The notes: a model not told the origin generated them from the sequence alone. DNA of 48,430 bases from Patescibacteria group bacterium (GCA_018829905.1 JAHJST010000014.1:1-48430); one strand, 5' to 3'; counted from the stretch's first letter, positions 1 through 11,400 are shown. A program made the numbers and translations.

Positions 1-142
1 AGATTAGAGTATATGTCCAAGAAAAGTTTGTTCAACAATTTAAGAAAATCATTAAAAATTAATACTTTCTGCTTCTAATTTATTCTTTCAGACGACATTG
101 CTATGAACGATTAGAGGCGACATTTATGTGATTGACAACAGC

Positions 143-180
143 TTATGATAAATTAACCATATGCATACCAGAAATAGCAA
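143..180. repeat. 38-nt intergenic repeat, copy A (second copy at 4482-4519)
   Basis: ttatgataaattaaccatatgcataccagaaatagcaa matches ttatgataaatcaaccatatgcatcccataaatagcaa with 3 mismatches in 38. Both copies lie directly next to the terminator of a large minus-strand gene. Confidence 0.8.
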
Positions 181-182
181 AA

Positions 183-215
183 CAAAAAGACCCAGTTAAA
201 AACAGGGTCTTTTTA
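183..215 (-). terminator. Rho-independent terminator after recA (bidirectional shape)
   Basis: The stem agaccc (188-193) pairs with gggtct (205-210). It is flanked by an A-run and a T-run and lies 15 nt past the recA stop. Confidence 0.75.
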
Positions 216-229
216 TATATATAAAATCT

Positions 230-1219
230 TTATTTCTCTTTAATCTTTTCCATTATTTCTTTAACAATCTCTTTTAAAATTTTATCATTCTCCTCTAAAA
301 ACAACTTTACTTTTTCTAATCCAACACCTAATCTTTCTTTTCCAAAGGAATAAGAAGCACCAGATTTTTTAACAACTCCATGTTTTAATCCTACAGTTAT
401 AACATCACCCTCATAAGAAATACCTTTATTAAACATAATATCAAATTCAGCAGTTTTAAATGGAGCAGCAACCTTATTCTTAACAATCTTTGCTTTTATC
501 CTACTACCAATTGATTCTTCTCCCTTTTTAACTTGAGCAATTCTACGCAAATCAATACGTACAGAAGAATAAAACTTTAAAGCCTTTCCACCAGGAGTTG
601 TTTCTGGATTGCCAAACATTATACCAATCTTCATACGTATTTGATTAACAAATATTACAATTGTATTTGTTTTAGAAATTTGTGAACCTAATTTTCTTAA
701 AGCCTGAGACATTAAACGAGCTTGTAAACCAATATGTGAATCCCCTATTTCTCCTTCAATTTCAGCACGAGGAGTTAAAGCAGCAACAGAATCAACAACA
801 ATTACATCTATTGATTCAGATTTAACCAAAGATTCAACTATTTGCAAAGCCTGTTCTCCAGAATCAGGTTGAGAAATTAATAAATCATTTATCTTTACAC
901 CTATTCTTTTGGCATATTCTGGGTCTAAGGCATGCTCAGCATCAACAAAAGCTGCTAAACCACCTTTTTTTTGTGCCTGAGCAACCATATGTAGAGCTAA
1001 TGTAGTTTTACCAGAGCTTTCTGGCCCATATACTTCAATAATTCTTCCTCTTGGCATACCACCGACACCAAGAGCCAAATCAAGAGAAAACGATCCAGTT
1101 GGGATAGTATCTACATCAACTTTTTTAACATCTCCCAATTTCATTATTGATCCTTCACCAAATTTTTGTTTAATTTCATCTAAAATGGCTTCTAATTTGT
1201 TTTCATTTTTATTTTTCAT
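230..1219 (-). CDS. recA: Recombinase RecA
   Basis: 329-aa ORF with Walker [10 protein letters not shown]. It contains [10 protein letters not shown] and the [11 protein letters not shown] loop region and is collinear with RecA over its full length. Confidence 0.97.
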   Translation of the reverse strand: MKNKNENKLEAILDEIKQKFGEGSIMKLGDVKKVDVDTIPTGSFSLDLALGVGGMPRGRIIEVYGPESSGKTTLALHMVAQAQKKGGLAAFVDAEHALDPEYAKRIGVKINDLLISQPDSGEQALQIVESLVKSESIDVIVVDSVAALTPRAEIEGEIGDSHIGLQARLMSQALRKLGSQISKTNTIVIFVNQIRMKIGIMFGNPETTPGGKALKFYSSVRIDLRRIAQVKKGEESIGSRIKAKIVKNKVAAPFKTAEFDIMFNKGISYEGDVITVGLKHGVVKKSGASYSFGKERLGVGLEKVKLFLEENDKILKEIVKEIMEKIKEK

Positions 1220-1613
1220 AAATTATTCTTTTAATTATTTCATTAGTTTTACCAAATCTATTTTTGGCTTTAATTTTTATTAAATTAACACCAGCTACTA
1301 AATTTATCTGTGTTTCAAAATTACCATTTTTTTCAACAAGTATTTCTTTATCATTTACCACCAAATGAGCGCTTGAATCAGTTCTTCCTAAAACATTAAA
1401 TGATTCTTCTCTAACAATCATATCTTCAATATCAACATCTAAATTAGGAGCAGCAGTTAAAAATCTAATTTCTCTAGAAAAATACCAAGCAACTAAAATT
1501 AAAAATAAGACAAAAACAATTGAAGAAATTTTTCTAGGATTTATTGTGAAATTCCCTAACTTTTTTATTGGTTTAATTGGCTTATCTTTTAATTGTAACT
1601 TTGTTTTTTTCAT
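1209..1613 (-). CDS. Hypothetical membrane-anchored protein (N-terminal TM helix, beta-rich ectodomain)
   Basis: 134-aa ORF with one hydrophobic helix ([16 protein letters not shown]). It overlaps the recA start by 11 nt. A TGATATAAT box lies 7 nt upstream of its ATG. Confidence 0.6.
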   Translation of the reverse strand: MKKTKLQLKDKPIKPIKKLGNFTINPRKISSIVFVLFLILVAWYFSREIRFLTAAPNLDVDIEDMIVREESFNVLGRTDSSAHLVVNDKEILVEKNGNFETQINLVAGVNLIKIKAKNRFGKTNEIIKRIIYEK

Positions 1614-1752
1614 TAATTAAATTATATCATAATTTAATTATCAATAATAAAAACATTTGACTCCTCTTTATTAACTTGCTAAGATTATAAATGAATAGAG
1701 CGTGTTCCAGGTCTGGGTGCCCGCTCTTTTTTCTTTCATTTTTTTTAAAACA

Positions 1753-3999
1753 CTAAAACTCTTCCTCATCAGAAGGCAAAGGAATATCAAGCTTTTCCTC
1801 TTCAGCTTCAATATCTACTCCCTCTTCTTCCATGCCACTACGAGAAGATTCTTCTAAATCAGAAAAAGACTCTTCAATGATTTCAGATTCAATAGGTCTT
1901 TTATAACCAGTTAATACTTCACGAGGCTTAGAACCCTCAGATGGACCAACAATTCCATTTTGTTCTAACATATCTAATAAACTAGCAGCGCGAGCATAAC
2001 CAATTCTAAATCTACGTTGCAAATACGAAGCAGATGCTTTACCGGTTTTAATAATTAAATCTTTTGCTTCTTCATATATTGGATCGTCAAAAACATTTCC
2101 GCCCTGTATATGCATTTCTTTTTCAGGAGCAGCAGTAATATCTTCTTCATATTCAATATCACCAGCTTGTTTTCTTAAAAACATAACAACATCCTTTATT
2201 TCTTTATCAGATATAAAAGAACCTTGAATACGTTTAGTTTTACCAACGTCACCAGCTAAAAATAGCATATCGCCATTACCTAATAATTTATCAGCTCCAG
2301 CAGTATCTAAAATTGTACGAGAATCAACTTGAGAAGCTACTTGTAAAGCAATTCTAGAAGTAATATTAGCTTTAATAAGACCAGTAATAACTTCTACTGA
2401 TGGTCTTTGAGTAGAAAGAATTAAATGAATACCAACAGCACGAGCCATTTGAGCCAAGCGAACAATAGCACCTTCTACTTCTTTTCCATATGCAACCATA
2501 ATATCAGCTAATTCATCAACAATAATTACAACATATGGCAATATTTCTTTTGCTTTTTCATTGTATGAAGCCAAATCTTTAGCAGCAGCATTAGATAGTA
2601 TTTTATACCTATCTTCCATTTCTTTAATAGCCCATTTAAATGCATTATTAACCTTATTAAAATCAACAATAACAGGAGTTAATAAATGAGGAATACCATT
2701 ATACAAAGGTAATTCTACTCTTTTAGGGTCGATTAAAATAAATTTTAATTCTTGAGGAGATTTTTGATAAAGCAAACTAAGAATTAAACTATGAATACAA
2801 ATGCTTTTACCAGAACCAGTTGATCCAGCAATTAATAAATGAGGCATTTTAACCAAATTAGCAAAAATCGCATGACCAGAAACATCACGACCTAATCCTA
2901 AATTTAAATGATGACCATTTTTCCTGTAATCAAAATCTTGTAATAAATCTCTTAATCTAACTAATGTAGCTTTTTTATTAGGTAATTCAATGCCAACCAA
3001 AGACCTGCCAGGAATAGGAGCTTCTATTCTAATTGGATGAGCAGCTAAAGCTAAAGATAAATCACGATTTAATCCAGTAATTTTAGAAAGCTTTATTCCA
3101 CTAGCAGGACGAAGAGTATATTGAGTAACAGTAGGACCAACATTTACCTCGCCCATTTCAACTGGAATGTTGAAATTATATAATGTTTTTTCAATAACAG
3201 ATAAATTTGATTTAATATCACCACTAGATGGTTGTCCTTTGTCTTGTTCTAATAAATCTAATGGAGGAAAAATATAGTCTTTTAAAATTGTAGGTGTTGT
3301 TTTTAATAATTCTTCTTGTTTTTCTTCTTCTTTCTCTTCTTGCATTTCTTTCATTTCAAATTTTGGTTTTAATATTGATTTAGTAAACTTCCCAAACCTA
3401 GTTTTTTCTGGAGTAAAACCAATCCCCTTGATTTCTTTAGACATTTTTTCTTTAATAACATCTTCTTCATCTTCTTGTTTTTTAATTCTTCGTAAAGGAA
3501 TATTAAAAGCAACAAGAACAGAAATTGCCAAAGCAGCCATAAAAACAACTAAAGAACCCCACAAACCAATCAATTTCATAAATGGCCAAGAAACCAAATA
3601 ACCCAACCAGCCTGCTTTTAATTCTCCATTAGAAATTAAAATATTTACTAGGCCTAAAAAACTTAAAACAAAAAGCAATATTCCAAGTAAAGTAGATAAA
3701 AGAACATTTTTGTGAATATCTCTAAAAGTTATTATCCCGCTAATAAAAAATGCCAAAGGAATTAACCAAAGACAAGATCCAAAAATTAGTTTAGAATATT
3801 TAAAAATATATTCACCTAATACACCACTAACACCTTGAAAAGAAAGAATAAAAAGCACAGCTATTGCAAAAAACACAATAACAATAATGCCTCTTTTTGT
3901 TTCTGGATGAATATTTAAACGAGGGGTTTTTTCTTTCTTTTTAATTTTTACACTAGACATCCTTTTTCTAGGACGCCCACGTTTCTTTTTTCTTGGCAT
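1753..3999 (-). CDS. ftsK: DNA translocase FtsK/SpoIIIE
   Basis: 748 aa with N-terminal TM helices, Walker A GSTGSGKS, Walker B VVIIVDELADIM and a C-terminal gamma-like wHTH (SYLQRRFRIGYARAASLLDMLE). Confidence 0.95.
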   Translation of the reverse strand: MPRKKKRGRPRKRMSSVKIKKKEKTPRLNIHPETKRGIIVIVFFAIAVLFILSFQGVSGVLGEYIFKYSKLIFGSCLWLIPLAFFISGIITFRDIHKNVLLSTLLGILLFVLSFLGLVNILISNGELKAGWLGYLVSWPFMKLIGLWGSLVVFMAALAISVLVAFNIPLRRIKKQEDEEDVIKEKMSKEIKGIGFTPEKTRFGKFTKSILKPKFEMKEMQEEKEEEKQEELLKTTPTILKDYIFPPLDLLEQDKGQPSSGDIKSNLSVIEKTLYNFNIPVEMGEVNVGPTVTQYTLRPASGIKLSKITGLNRDLSLALAAHPIRIEAPIPGRSLVGIELPNKKATLVRLRDLLQDFDYRKNGHHLNLGLGRDVSGHAIFANLVKMPHLLIAGSTGSGKSICIHSLILSLLYQKSPQELKFILIDPKRVELPLYNGIPHLLTPVIVDFNKVNNAFKWAIKEMEDRYKILSNAAAKDLASYNEKAKEILPYVVIIVDELADIMVAYGKEVEGAIVRLAQMARAVGIHLILSTQRPSVEVITGLIKANITSRIALQVASQVDSRTILDTAGADKLLGNGDMLFLAGDVGKTKRIQGSFISDKEIKDVVMFLRKQAGDIEYEEDITAAPEKEMHIQGGNVFDDPIYEEAKDLIIKTGKASASYLQRRFRIGYARAASLLDMLEQNGIVGPSEGSKPREVLTGYKRPIESEIIEESFSDLEESSRSGMEEEGVDIEAEEEKLDIPLPSDEEEF

Positions 4000-4005
4000 A
4001 TTTAA

Positions 4006-4014
4006 ATTATATCA
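4006..4014 (-). promoter_or_regulatory. Extended -10 promoter (TGATATAAT) with leaderless geometry for ftsK
   Basis: The minus strand reads TGATATAAT, then TTAAAT (6 nt), then the ATG at 3999. No SD is present. Confidence 0.6.
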
Positions 4015-4111
4015 TAAAATTAAAAAGCAAAAAACATAAATACATTTATTCTTACTACAAAACTCCGAAAAAGGTTTAAGGTTTGAAATAGTCGTGAGTG
4101 TATAAAAAAAG

Positions 4112-4150
4112 GAGGTCGTCAAAGATTTATTAGAATCTTTAAGCGACCTC
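4112..4150 (-). terminator. Rho-independent terminator after the 91-aa ORF
   Basis: Long hairpin in which gaggtcg...aaagatt pairs with aatcttt...cgacctc. On the minus strand it is followed by a T-run (CCTTTTTTTAT). Confidence 0.7.
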
Positions 4151-4157
4151 GTTAGAA

Positions 4158-4433
4158 TCATTTGATTTTTTTAAATCCCTCATTAACCAAAGATTCATAG
4201 CCCCAATGATGAACTTGTTCTCCTTCTCCATCCATTGTGAACCAAAGTGTTTTAGTCTTAATTCCACAGGGATTCACTGCCATGCCCACAATAGTGTATT
4301 TTTCACCATTCGGACTCAATACCTTGTCATTGTGCTTAAAGCCAAACTCCATGCACGCTTCGTCTGATATGTCAACCTCGAATTCTCTAAAAAAAGTCTC
4401 CACTTTAACAGTTTTAGATTTTGAATTTGTCAT
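4158..4433 (-). CDS. Hypothetical protein
   Basis: 91-aa ORF with a strong SD (GTAGGAGGTTTAC-ATG), an upstream TTGACA box and its own terminator. Confidence 0.65.
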   Translation of the reverse strand: MTNSKSKTVKVETFFREFEVDISDEACMEFGFKHNDKVLSPNGEKYTIVGMAVNPCGIKTKTLWFTMDGEGEQVHHWGYESLVNEGFKKIK

Positions 4434-4481
4434 GTAAACCTCCTACAAGCACTATGTCATACTGACAGAATCTGTCAAGGA

Positions 4482-4519
4482 TTTATGATAAATCAACCAT
4501 ATGCATCCCATAAATAGCA
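4482..4519. repeat. 38-nt intergenic repeat, copy B
   Basis: See copy A at 143-180. This copy sits between the rpoC terminator and the -35 box of the 91-aa gene. Confidence 0.8.
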
Positions 4520-4547
4520 ACAAAAAAACCACACAAAAACGTGTGGT
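4520..4547 (-). terminator. Rho-independent terminator after rpoC
   Basis: The stem accacac (4527-4533) pairs with gtgtggt (4540-4546). The minus-strand T-run corresponds to the A-run at 4520-4526. Confidence 0.8.
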
Positions 4548-4563
4548 TTCCAATAAAACACCC

Positions 4564-7500
4564 TTACTTCTCATCAAAACCAGTACCAGCAGGAATTAAC
4601 TTACCAAGAATAACATTTTCTTTTAATCCACGCAAAGGATCTACTTTGCCTTGAATAGCAGATTCAATTAATATTCTAACTGTTTCTTGAAAAGAAGCAG
4701 AAGATAAAAAGCTTTCAGTGCTTAAAGCAACCTTAGTAATTCCTAAAATCAAAGACTGTGCAGTAGCTTGTTTTTTACCAGCTTTTTTAGCTTTTTCATT
4801 TTCTCTTAAAAATATATCTTTTTCAGTAATAGCTCCTTCTAATAAACCAGTTTCTCCAACATCTTTTATTCTTACACGAGAAAGCATTTGACGAGTTATT
4901 ACCTCAATATGTTTGCCATTTAAACCACCACCTTGTGTGCTATAAACTTTTTGAACCTCTTTAAGAATATATCTTTGAACAACTTCTTGTCCAGCCAATC
5001 TAAATAATTCCTTTATATCAGCAGGACCTTCACATAATCTTTGACCAACAACAACTGAATCTCCTTTTTGAACATAAATACCAACCCTAGGAGCAATAAC
5101 ATATTCTTTAGAAATTTTCTTTCTTTTACTGCCAGCTTTAGTTGATTCTTGATATCCTTGAACAACAATAATTTTTTGTGATTTTTTTTCTTTAATTTCA
5201 GCTATAGTACCATTAAGTTCAGCAATTGAACATTTTCCTTTTGGAATGCGAGCTTCAAAAACTTCATCAACTCTAGGCAATCCTTGGGTAATATCTTCTT
5301 CACTAGCTACACCACCAACATGAAAAGTTCTTAATGTTAATTGAGTTGCTGGTTCACCAATTGCTTGAGCAGTAACAATACCAATTGCTTCCCCTATATC
5401 AATCAATCTATTTCTTCCTAAATCAAGACCATAACATTTTTGACATAAACCAAATCTGGTTTTACATGAAATAGGAGATCTAACTCTTAATTTAGTAATT
5501 TCAATATCTTTAATTTTTTCAATTTGTTCTTTATTAATTAAATCTCCTTTTTTAATAATGGGTTTTTTCTTAGAATCAAAAACCTCTTCTAAACTAACTC
5601 TTCCAACAATTCTAGAACCAAATTCAATTCCTAAATCATCTAAATCTTGTTTATAAACCATAATACCATCTTTATCATTACAATTATTTTCTTGAATTAT
5701 TACATCTTGAGAAACATCTACTAAACGACGAGTTAAATAACCAGCTTGAGCTGTTTTTAAAGCAGTATCAGCTAATCCCTTTCTACCACCGTGAGTAGAA
5801 ATAAAATACTCTAAAACATTAAATCCTTCTTTAAATGAACTAATAATTGGAAGCTCAATAACTTCTGAAGATGGATTAACAACCAATCCTTTCATACCCA
5901 TTAATTGATTGGCTTGACCCCAAGTACCACGAGCACCAGAAGAAAACATAATATTAACAGGACCATTGGGGTCAAGAACAGAAGGAACAAGCTTAGCAAT
6001 TTCTGCACCTGCTTTTGCCCAAATTTCAATTGATTTAGCTCTTCTTTCTGATCTAGTTAAAAGACCTTCTTGATATTGTTTTCTAATAACATCTACTTGT
6101 GTTCGAGATTTTTTAATAATTCCATCCTTTTCTTTTGGAACGTGTAAATCATCCATTCCCCAACTAATACCTGATTTAGTAGCATAATCAAATCCTAATT
6201 TTTTAATTCTATCAATATATTTTTCAGCATTTTCAGAACCAACAAATTCAATAACACTTTCAGTTAAAATTCTTAATTCTTTTTTATTCATTTCATGATT
6301 AATATATTCCATTTCCTCAGGAAGAATAGAATTTAAAATCAATCTTCCTGCAGATGTTTCAATAATAGATGAATTAATTAAAACTTTAATTTCTGCTTGT
6401 AAATCAATCATTCCCATTTCATAAGCCATAATTCCTTCTTTTACAGAAGAAAAGATTTTTCCATTACCCTTAGCTCCTTTAATCATTTTTGTTAAAAAGA
6501 AACAACCAAGAACAATATCTTGTGTTGGAACAGTAATAGCGTCACCAGTAGCTGGTTTAAATAAATTAACAGAAGAAAGCATTAATTCTTTAGCTTCTTT
6601 TTGAGCTTTTTCAGACAAAGGTAAATGAACAGCCATTTGATCACCATCAAAGTCAGCATTAAATGCCTGACAAACCAAAGGATGAATTTGAATAGCCAAA
6701 CCTTCAATTAATCTGGGTTTAAACGCTTGAACACTTAATCTATGCAATGTTGGAGCACGATTAAGAAGAACATAATAATTGTTTGTAATCTCTTCTAAAA
6801 TAGCCCAAACATCATCTACTCCTTCTTCTATTAGTCTTCTTGCTCCACGTATATTATATGCTAATTCTCTTTCAATTAATTTATTGATTACAAATGGTTT
6901 AAATAGTTCTAAAGCCATTGTTTTTGGAATACCACATTCATGTAATTTTAATTCAGGTCCAACAACAATAACAGAACGACCAGAATAATCAACACGCTTA
7001 CCTAAAAGATTTTGTCTAAATCTTCCTTGTTTTCCTCTTAACATATCAGCTAAAGATTTTAATTGTCGTCTTTGACCAGTGGTTGCCATAACAGCTTTTT
7101 GGCCACGACGAGCAGTATTATCAATTAATGCATCAATGGCTTCTTGAAGCATTCTTTTTTCATTACGACAAATAACTTCTGGAGCATTAAGTTCTAATAA
7201 TCTTTTTAAACGATTATTACGATTAATAACTCTACGATATAGATCATTAACATCAGAAGTAGCATATCTACCACCATCTAATTGAACCATTGGACGTAAA
7301 TCAGGTGGTTGTACTGGTAATATGGTTATAAACATCCACTCTGGTCTAATTCCAGCATTTCTTAATCCTTTAACTAATCTAATTCTAGATAAAACTTTTT
7401 TTCTTTGAACTGCTGAAGTTTTCTTTAATTCTTCTTCTAATTCTTTGCTTAATTTATCTAAATCTATTTTTTTAAGAATATCTCTTACTGCTTCAGCTCC

Positions 7501-8145
7501 AATACCAGCTTTAAATACTTCGCTAAATTTTTGAGAAAGTCTTCTGTAAACTATTTCTGATATAATTTCTAATTCTTTAATTTTATTTAATTCATCTTTT
7601 GCTCTGTCTCTGGCAATTTTTAAAGTTTTTTTATTATCTTTTCCTTTTGTAATTTTTAATTTAGATTGATATTCTTTTTCAATTTCTTTAAATGCTTTAG
7701 CCTTAGCATCCTTATTAACTTCAGTTATAATATACGCGCCAAAATAAATTACTTTTTCTAATTTTTGAACAGATGTATTAATCATTAGACCAATTCTAGA
7801 AGGAATTCCACGTAAAAACCAAATATGTGAAACAGGAACAGCTAATTTAATATGTCCCATTCTTTCTCTACGAACAATTGAACGAGTTACTTCAACTCCA
7901 CATCTATCACAAACAACCCCTTTATATCTTATTCTTCTATATTTACCACAATAACATTCCCAATCTTTTTCTGGACCAAAAATTCGTTCACAAAACAAAC
8001 CATCTTTTTCAGACCGTTGAGTACGATAATTTATAGTCTCTGGTTTTGTTATTTCACCATGAGACCAATCTAAGATATCTTCAGGACTAGCTAATTTAAT
8101 CTGAAGAGCATCAAAATCATCTAATTTTTTTATTTCATCTTGCAT
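4564..8145 (-). CDS. rpoC: DNA-directed RNA polymerase subunit beta'
   Basis: 1193 aa with a Zn-finger ([23 protein letters not shown]), the catalytic NADFDGDQM motif and bridge-helix/trigger-loop regions. Confidence 0.98.
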   Translation of the reverse strand: MQDEIKKLDDFDALQIKLASPEDILDWSHGEITKPETINYRTQRSEKDGLFCERIFGPEKDWECYCGKYRRIRYKGVVCDRCGVEVTRSIVRRERMGHIKLAVPVSHIWFLRGIPSRIGLMINTSVQKLEKVIYFGAYIITEVNKDAKAKAFKEIEKEYQSKLKITKGKDNKKTLKIARDRAKDELNKIKELEIISEIVYRRLSQKFSEVFKAGIGAEAVRDILKKIDLDKLSKELEEELKKTSAVQRKKVLSRIRLVKGLRNAGIRPEWMFITILPVQPPDLRPMVQLDGGRYATSDVNDLYRRVINRNNRLKRLLELNAPEVICRNEKRMLQEAIDALIDNTARRGQKAVMATTGQRRQLKSLADMLRGKQGRFRQNLLGKRVDYSGRSVIVVGPELKLHECGIPKTMALELFKPFVINKLIERELAYNIRGARRLIEEGVDDVWAILEEITNNYYVLLNRAPTLHRLSVQAFKPRLIEGLAIQIHPLVCQAFNADFDGDQMAVHLPLSEKAQKEAKELMLSSVNLFKPATGDAITVPTQDIVLGCFFLTKMIKGAKGNGKIFSSVKEGIMAYEMGMIDLQAEIKVLINSSIIETSAGRLILNSILPEEMEYINHEMNKKELRILTESVIEFVGSENAEKYIDRIKKLGFDYATKSGISWGMDDLHVPKEKDGIIKKSRTQVDVIRKQYQEGLLTRSERRAKSIEIWAKAGAEIAKLVPSVLDPNGPVNIMFSSGARGTWGQANQLMGMKGLVVNPSSEVIELPIISSFKEGFNVLEYFISTHGGRKGLADTALKTAQAGYLTRRLVDVSQDVIIQENNCNDKDGIMVYKQDLDDLGIEFGSRIVGRVSLEEVFDSKKKPIIKKGDLINKEQIEKIKDIEITKLRVRSPISCKTRFGLCQKCYGLDLGRNRLIDIGEAIGIVTAQAIGEPATQLTLRTFHVGGVASEEDITQGLPRVDEVFEARIPKGKCSIAELNGTIAEIKEKKSQKIIVVQGYQESTKAGSKRKKISKEYVIAPRVGIYVQKGDSVVVGQRLCEGPADIKELFRLAGQEVVQRYILKEVQKVYSTQGGGLNGKHIEVITRQMLSRVRIKDVGETGLLEGAITEKDIFLRENEKAKKAGKKQATAQSLILGITKVALSTESFLSSASFQETVRILIESAIQGKVDPLRGLKENVILGKLIPAGTGFDEK

Positions 8146-8149
8146 TGTA

Positions 8150-8178
8150 TTGACAAATTATTTTTACTATGCTATGTT
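8150..8178 (+). promoter_or_regulatory. Sigma70-type promoter for the small plus-strand gene
   Basis: TTGACA (8150-8155), a 17-nt spacer, then TATGTT (8173-8178). Confidence 0.55.
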
Positions 8179-8206
8179 TTATTTAAATCTAAATGTGGAG
8201 GTTCTT

Positions 8207-8374
8207 ATGTATAAATATGTTTTCTTGATAACCATTATGAGTGGTATTGCTTACTTAACCTATGGAAAAGATTTCCATAGCGGTATATTTCAATTAATAC
8301 TCGTAATTGGTTTCGGTATTGGATTTATTGTTCGTGCCCTAGAAAACATTGTAAGCGCAATAAGAGAAGGATAA
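8207..8374 (+). CDS. Small two-TM membrane protein (55 aa) embedded between rpoB and rpoC on the opposite strand
   Basis: I trimmed the start to the ATG at 8207, which lies 5 nt after a GGAGG SD (8197-8201). The protein has two hydrophobic segments, and the gene has its own promoter and a plus-strand terminator. Confidence 0.55.
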   Translation: MYKYVFLITIMSGIAYLTYGKDFHSGIFQLILVIGFGIGFIVRALENIVSAIREG

Positions 8375-8389
8375 TAACAATCTTTACTT

Positions 8390-8420
8390 CCCGGTCAGTT
8401 TACTGACCGGGGCCTTTTTA
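8390..8420 (+). terminator. Rho-independent terminator, effective only on the plus strand
   Basis: Perfect stem cccggtcag / ctgaccggg. A T-run follows only on the plus strand. It overlaps the rpoB stop codon. Confidence 0.7.
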
Positions 8421-11400
8421 TTTCTTAGTTTTTTTAATCTTTTCCTTTTCTTTACTAGCCTTTTTAATTTTTCTTTTTATAGCTTTTTCACTTTCTTTTT
8501 TCTCTGCTTTAACAATCTTTTTTCTAACAACTGTTTTTCTTTCTTTTTTCATTGGATTAATTGAAAAACCCAAAGATTTTAATTCACTTACTAAAACATT
8601 AAACGAAGATGGAATATTAGGATTATGAATAGGATTTCCTTTAATAATTGCGTCATATGCATTAGCTCTACCAACAACATCATCAGATTTAATTGTTAGC
8701 ATTTCTTGTAAAGAATAAGCTGAGCCATAACCTTCTAAAGCCCAAACTTCCATTTCTCCAAATCTTTGACCACCAAATTGAGCCTTACCACCTAATGGTT
8801 GTTGAGTAATTAAGGAATATGGTCCAATAGAACGCATATGAAGTTTATCTTCAACTAAATGATTTAATTTCATCATATAAATTTGACCAACAGTAATTGG
8901 GTGAGTAAATTCTTCTCCGCTTCTACCATCTTTAAGCTTAACCTTGCCAGTTTCAGGTAGGCCAGCTTTTTTTAATTCTTGTCTAATCTCATCTTCAGTA
9001 ACACCAGAAAAAGCAGGAGTATATGCCCTATAACCTAACTTACTTGCTGCCCATCCTAAATGAGTTTCAAGAATCTGACCAATATTCATACGAGAAGCAA
9101 CACCCAATGGATTTAAAATTATATCTACTGGTGTTCCATCTTCTAAATATGGCATGTCTTCTTCTGGAAGTATTTTTGAAATAACTCCTTTATTACCATG
9201 ACGACCAGCTAATTTATCACCAACAGATACTTTTCTAAATTGAGCAATTTCTACTTGAATAGCCTTAATAACTCCAGTATTTAATTTATCACCTTTTTCT
9301 CTAGAAAAGATTTTAATTCCAACAACTCTACCTGTTTTTCCATGAGACAATCTCATAGATGTATCTTTAATATCTCTAGCTTTATCGCCAAAAATTGCAC
9401 GCAATAATCTTTCTTCAGCAGTAAGATCAGTTTCTCCTTTTGGAGAAATTTTACCTACTAAAATATCATCTTGTCCTACTTCTGCCCCAATTCTAATTAT
9501 TCCTTCTTCGTCAAGATTTTTTAATCTATTTTCTCCAACATTAGGAATATCAGAAGTAGTTGTTTCTGTGCCTAATTTTGTATCTCTAACTTCACAAGTA
9601 GATTCTTCTATATGAATAGAAGAAAATCTATTGTCTTTAACTAAACGTTCAGAGATAATTATAGCATCTTCAAAATTAGCACCAGACCAAGTCATAAAAG
9701 CAACTAAAAGATTTTGACCCAATGCTAAAACACCACCATCAGTAGAAGAAGAGTCAGCTAATATGTCGCCTTTTTTAATTTTTTGTCCTTTTTCAACTAT
9801 TGGTTTTTGTGTTATACAAGTATAATCATTTGAACGAATAAAATTATTTAGTAAATATTCTTTTTTCTTTGATCCAGATACACAAACAATTCTAGAACCA
9901 TCTACTTCTTTAATAACACCATCTTCTTCTGCAACTAAAACTTGACCAGAATCTTTAGCTGCTCTTGGTTCAATTCCAGTTCCAACCAAAGGAGCTTGTG
10001 ATTTAACCAATGGAACAGCTTGTCTCTGCATGTTTGAACCCATTAATGCACGATTAGAATCATCATGCTCAACAAAAGGAATTAATCCAGTGGCAATACT
10101 AATACATTGATAAGGAGAAACATCCATAAAATCAATTTTTTCTTTAGCAACCATTCCTGGCTCGCCATGAACTCTTGCTTCAACTGATTTATCTTTTATC
10201 CTATTGCTATTATCAATTGAAACACCAGTGTGTGCAATATTATATTTCTCTTCTTCAAATGCATCAAGATAAACAATTTCATTTGTAATAACGCCTGATT
10301 TTACTTTTCTATATGGAGTTTCAATAAAACCATAATCACTAATACGAGCATAAGAAGCTAAATGGCCAACCAAACCAATATTAGGACCTTCAGGTGTTTC
10401 AATGGGACATATTCTACCATAATGACTAGCATGAACATCACGAACCTCAAAACCAGCTCTTTCTTTTGTTAAGCCACCAGGACCCATGGCTGATAATCTT
10501 CTTTTATGTTCTAACTCAGACAAAGGATTAATTTGATTCATAAATTGAGATAATTGAGAAGATGTAAAAAATTCTTTTACTGAAGCCATTAATGGTCTAG
10601 CATTAACTAATTGAGCTGGTGTTAAAGTATAAATATCTAAAGTACTCATTTTATCACGAATAATTCTTTCCATACGACTTAATCCAGTTCTAAATTTATT
10701 TTCTAATAATTCACCCAGAGCTCTAACTCTTCTATTGCCAAGGTGATCAATATCATCTCCAATTCTATCAGGATCATTATTTAATTTAATGATTTCTTTA
10801 ATTGTTAAAATTAAATCTTCTTTTCTTAATGTTCTGTGTTCTTTGTCTAATGGGGTTTTAATTCCTAAACGATGATTTAATTTATATCTACCAACCTCTG
10901 ATAAATCATATCTATCAAAATTATGAAACATATTATCAATTAAGTTTTTTGCATTATCAATTGCAGCTAAATCGCCTGGTCTTATTCGTTTATAAATTTC
11001 TAAATATGCATCTTCTTGATTCTTGGTTGAATCATGTTTTAATGTTTCTTTAATAAATTGAATCTCTCCTTTATCAACATCTTTAAATGCTTTTAATATA
11101 TCTTCTTCTTTTTCTAATCCAAATATTTTTAATAAAGTAGTAATTGGAGCTTTTCTTTTACGATCTATTCTAACAACAATACTTCCATTATATTCTGTAT
11201 CAAATTCTAACCAAGCTCCTCTATTAGGAATAATCTTTGCACCATGTAGTTTTTTTCCACGATTATATGAAGTAGTAAAAAAAACTCCAGCTGAACGAAT
11301 CAACTGGGATATAACTACACGCTCTACGCCGTTTAAAATAAAGGTTCCTCTTGGTGTAATTAAAGGTAAGTCTGTTAAAAAGACTTCTTGTTCTTTAGTT

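Noticed and set aside
1657-1740. Plus-strand TTGACT-17-TAAGAT box followed by a 21-codon ATG-started frame and a GC-rich hairpin with a T-run.
   Set aside because: The hairpin is most simply the terminator region of the convergent ftsK gene. The promoter-like hexamers may be chance matches in AT-rich DNA. I kept this only as a low-priority possibility of a tiny antisense RNA.
6779-6988. Antisense or embedded ORFs inside large genes: 4237-4437, 6779-6988, 12179-12397, 14383-14610, 15450-15641, 15491-15748, 22284-22466, 22680-22958, 23011-23241, 23396-23611, 29193-29417, 30045-30520, 30756-31082, 31256-31438, 34915-35124, 36153-36443, 37700-37888, 39272-39580, 40977-41216, 42938-43132 and 47789-48007.
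   Set aside because: Each overlaps a longer ORF that has clear homology or signals. Their translations are low-complexity, as expected in AT-rich DNA.
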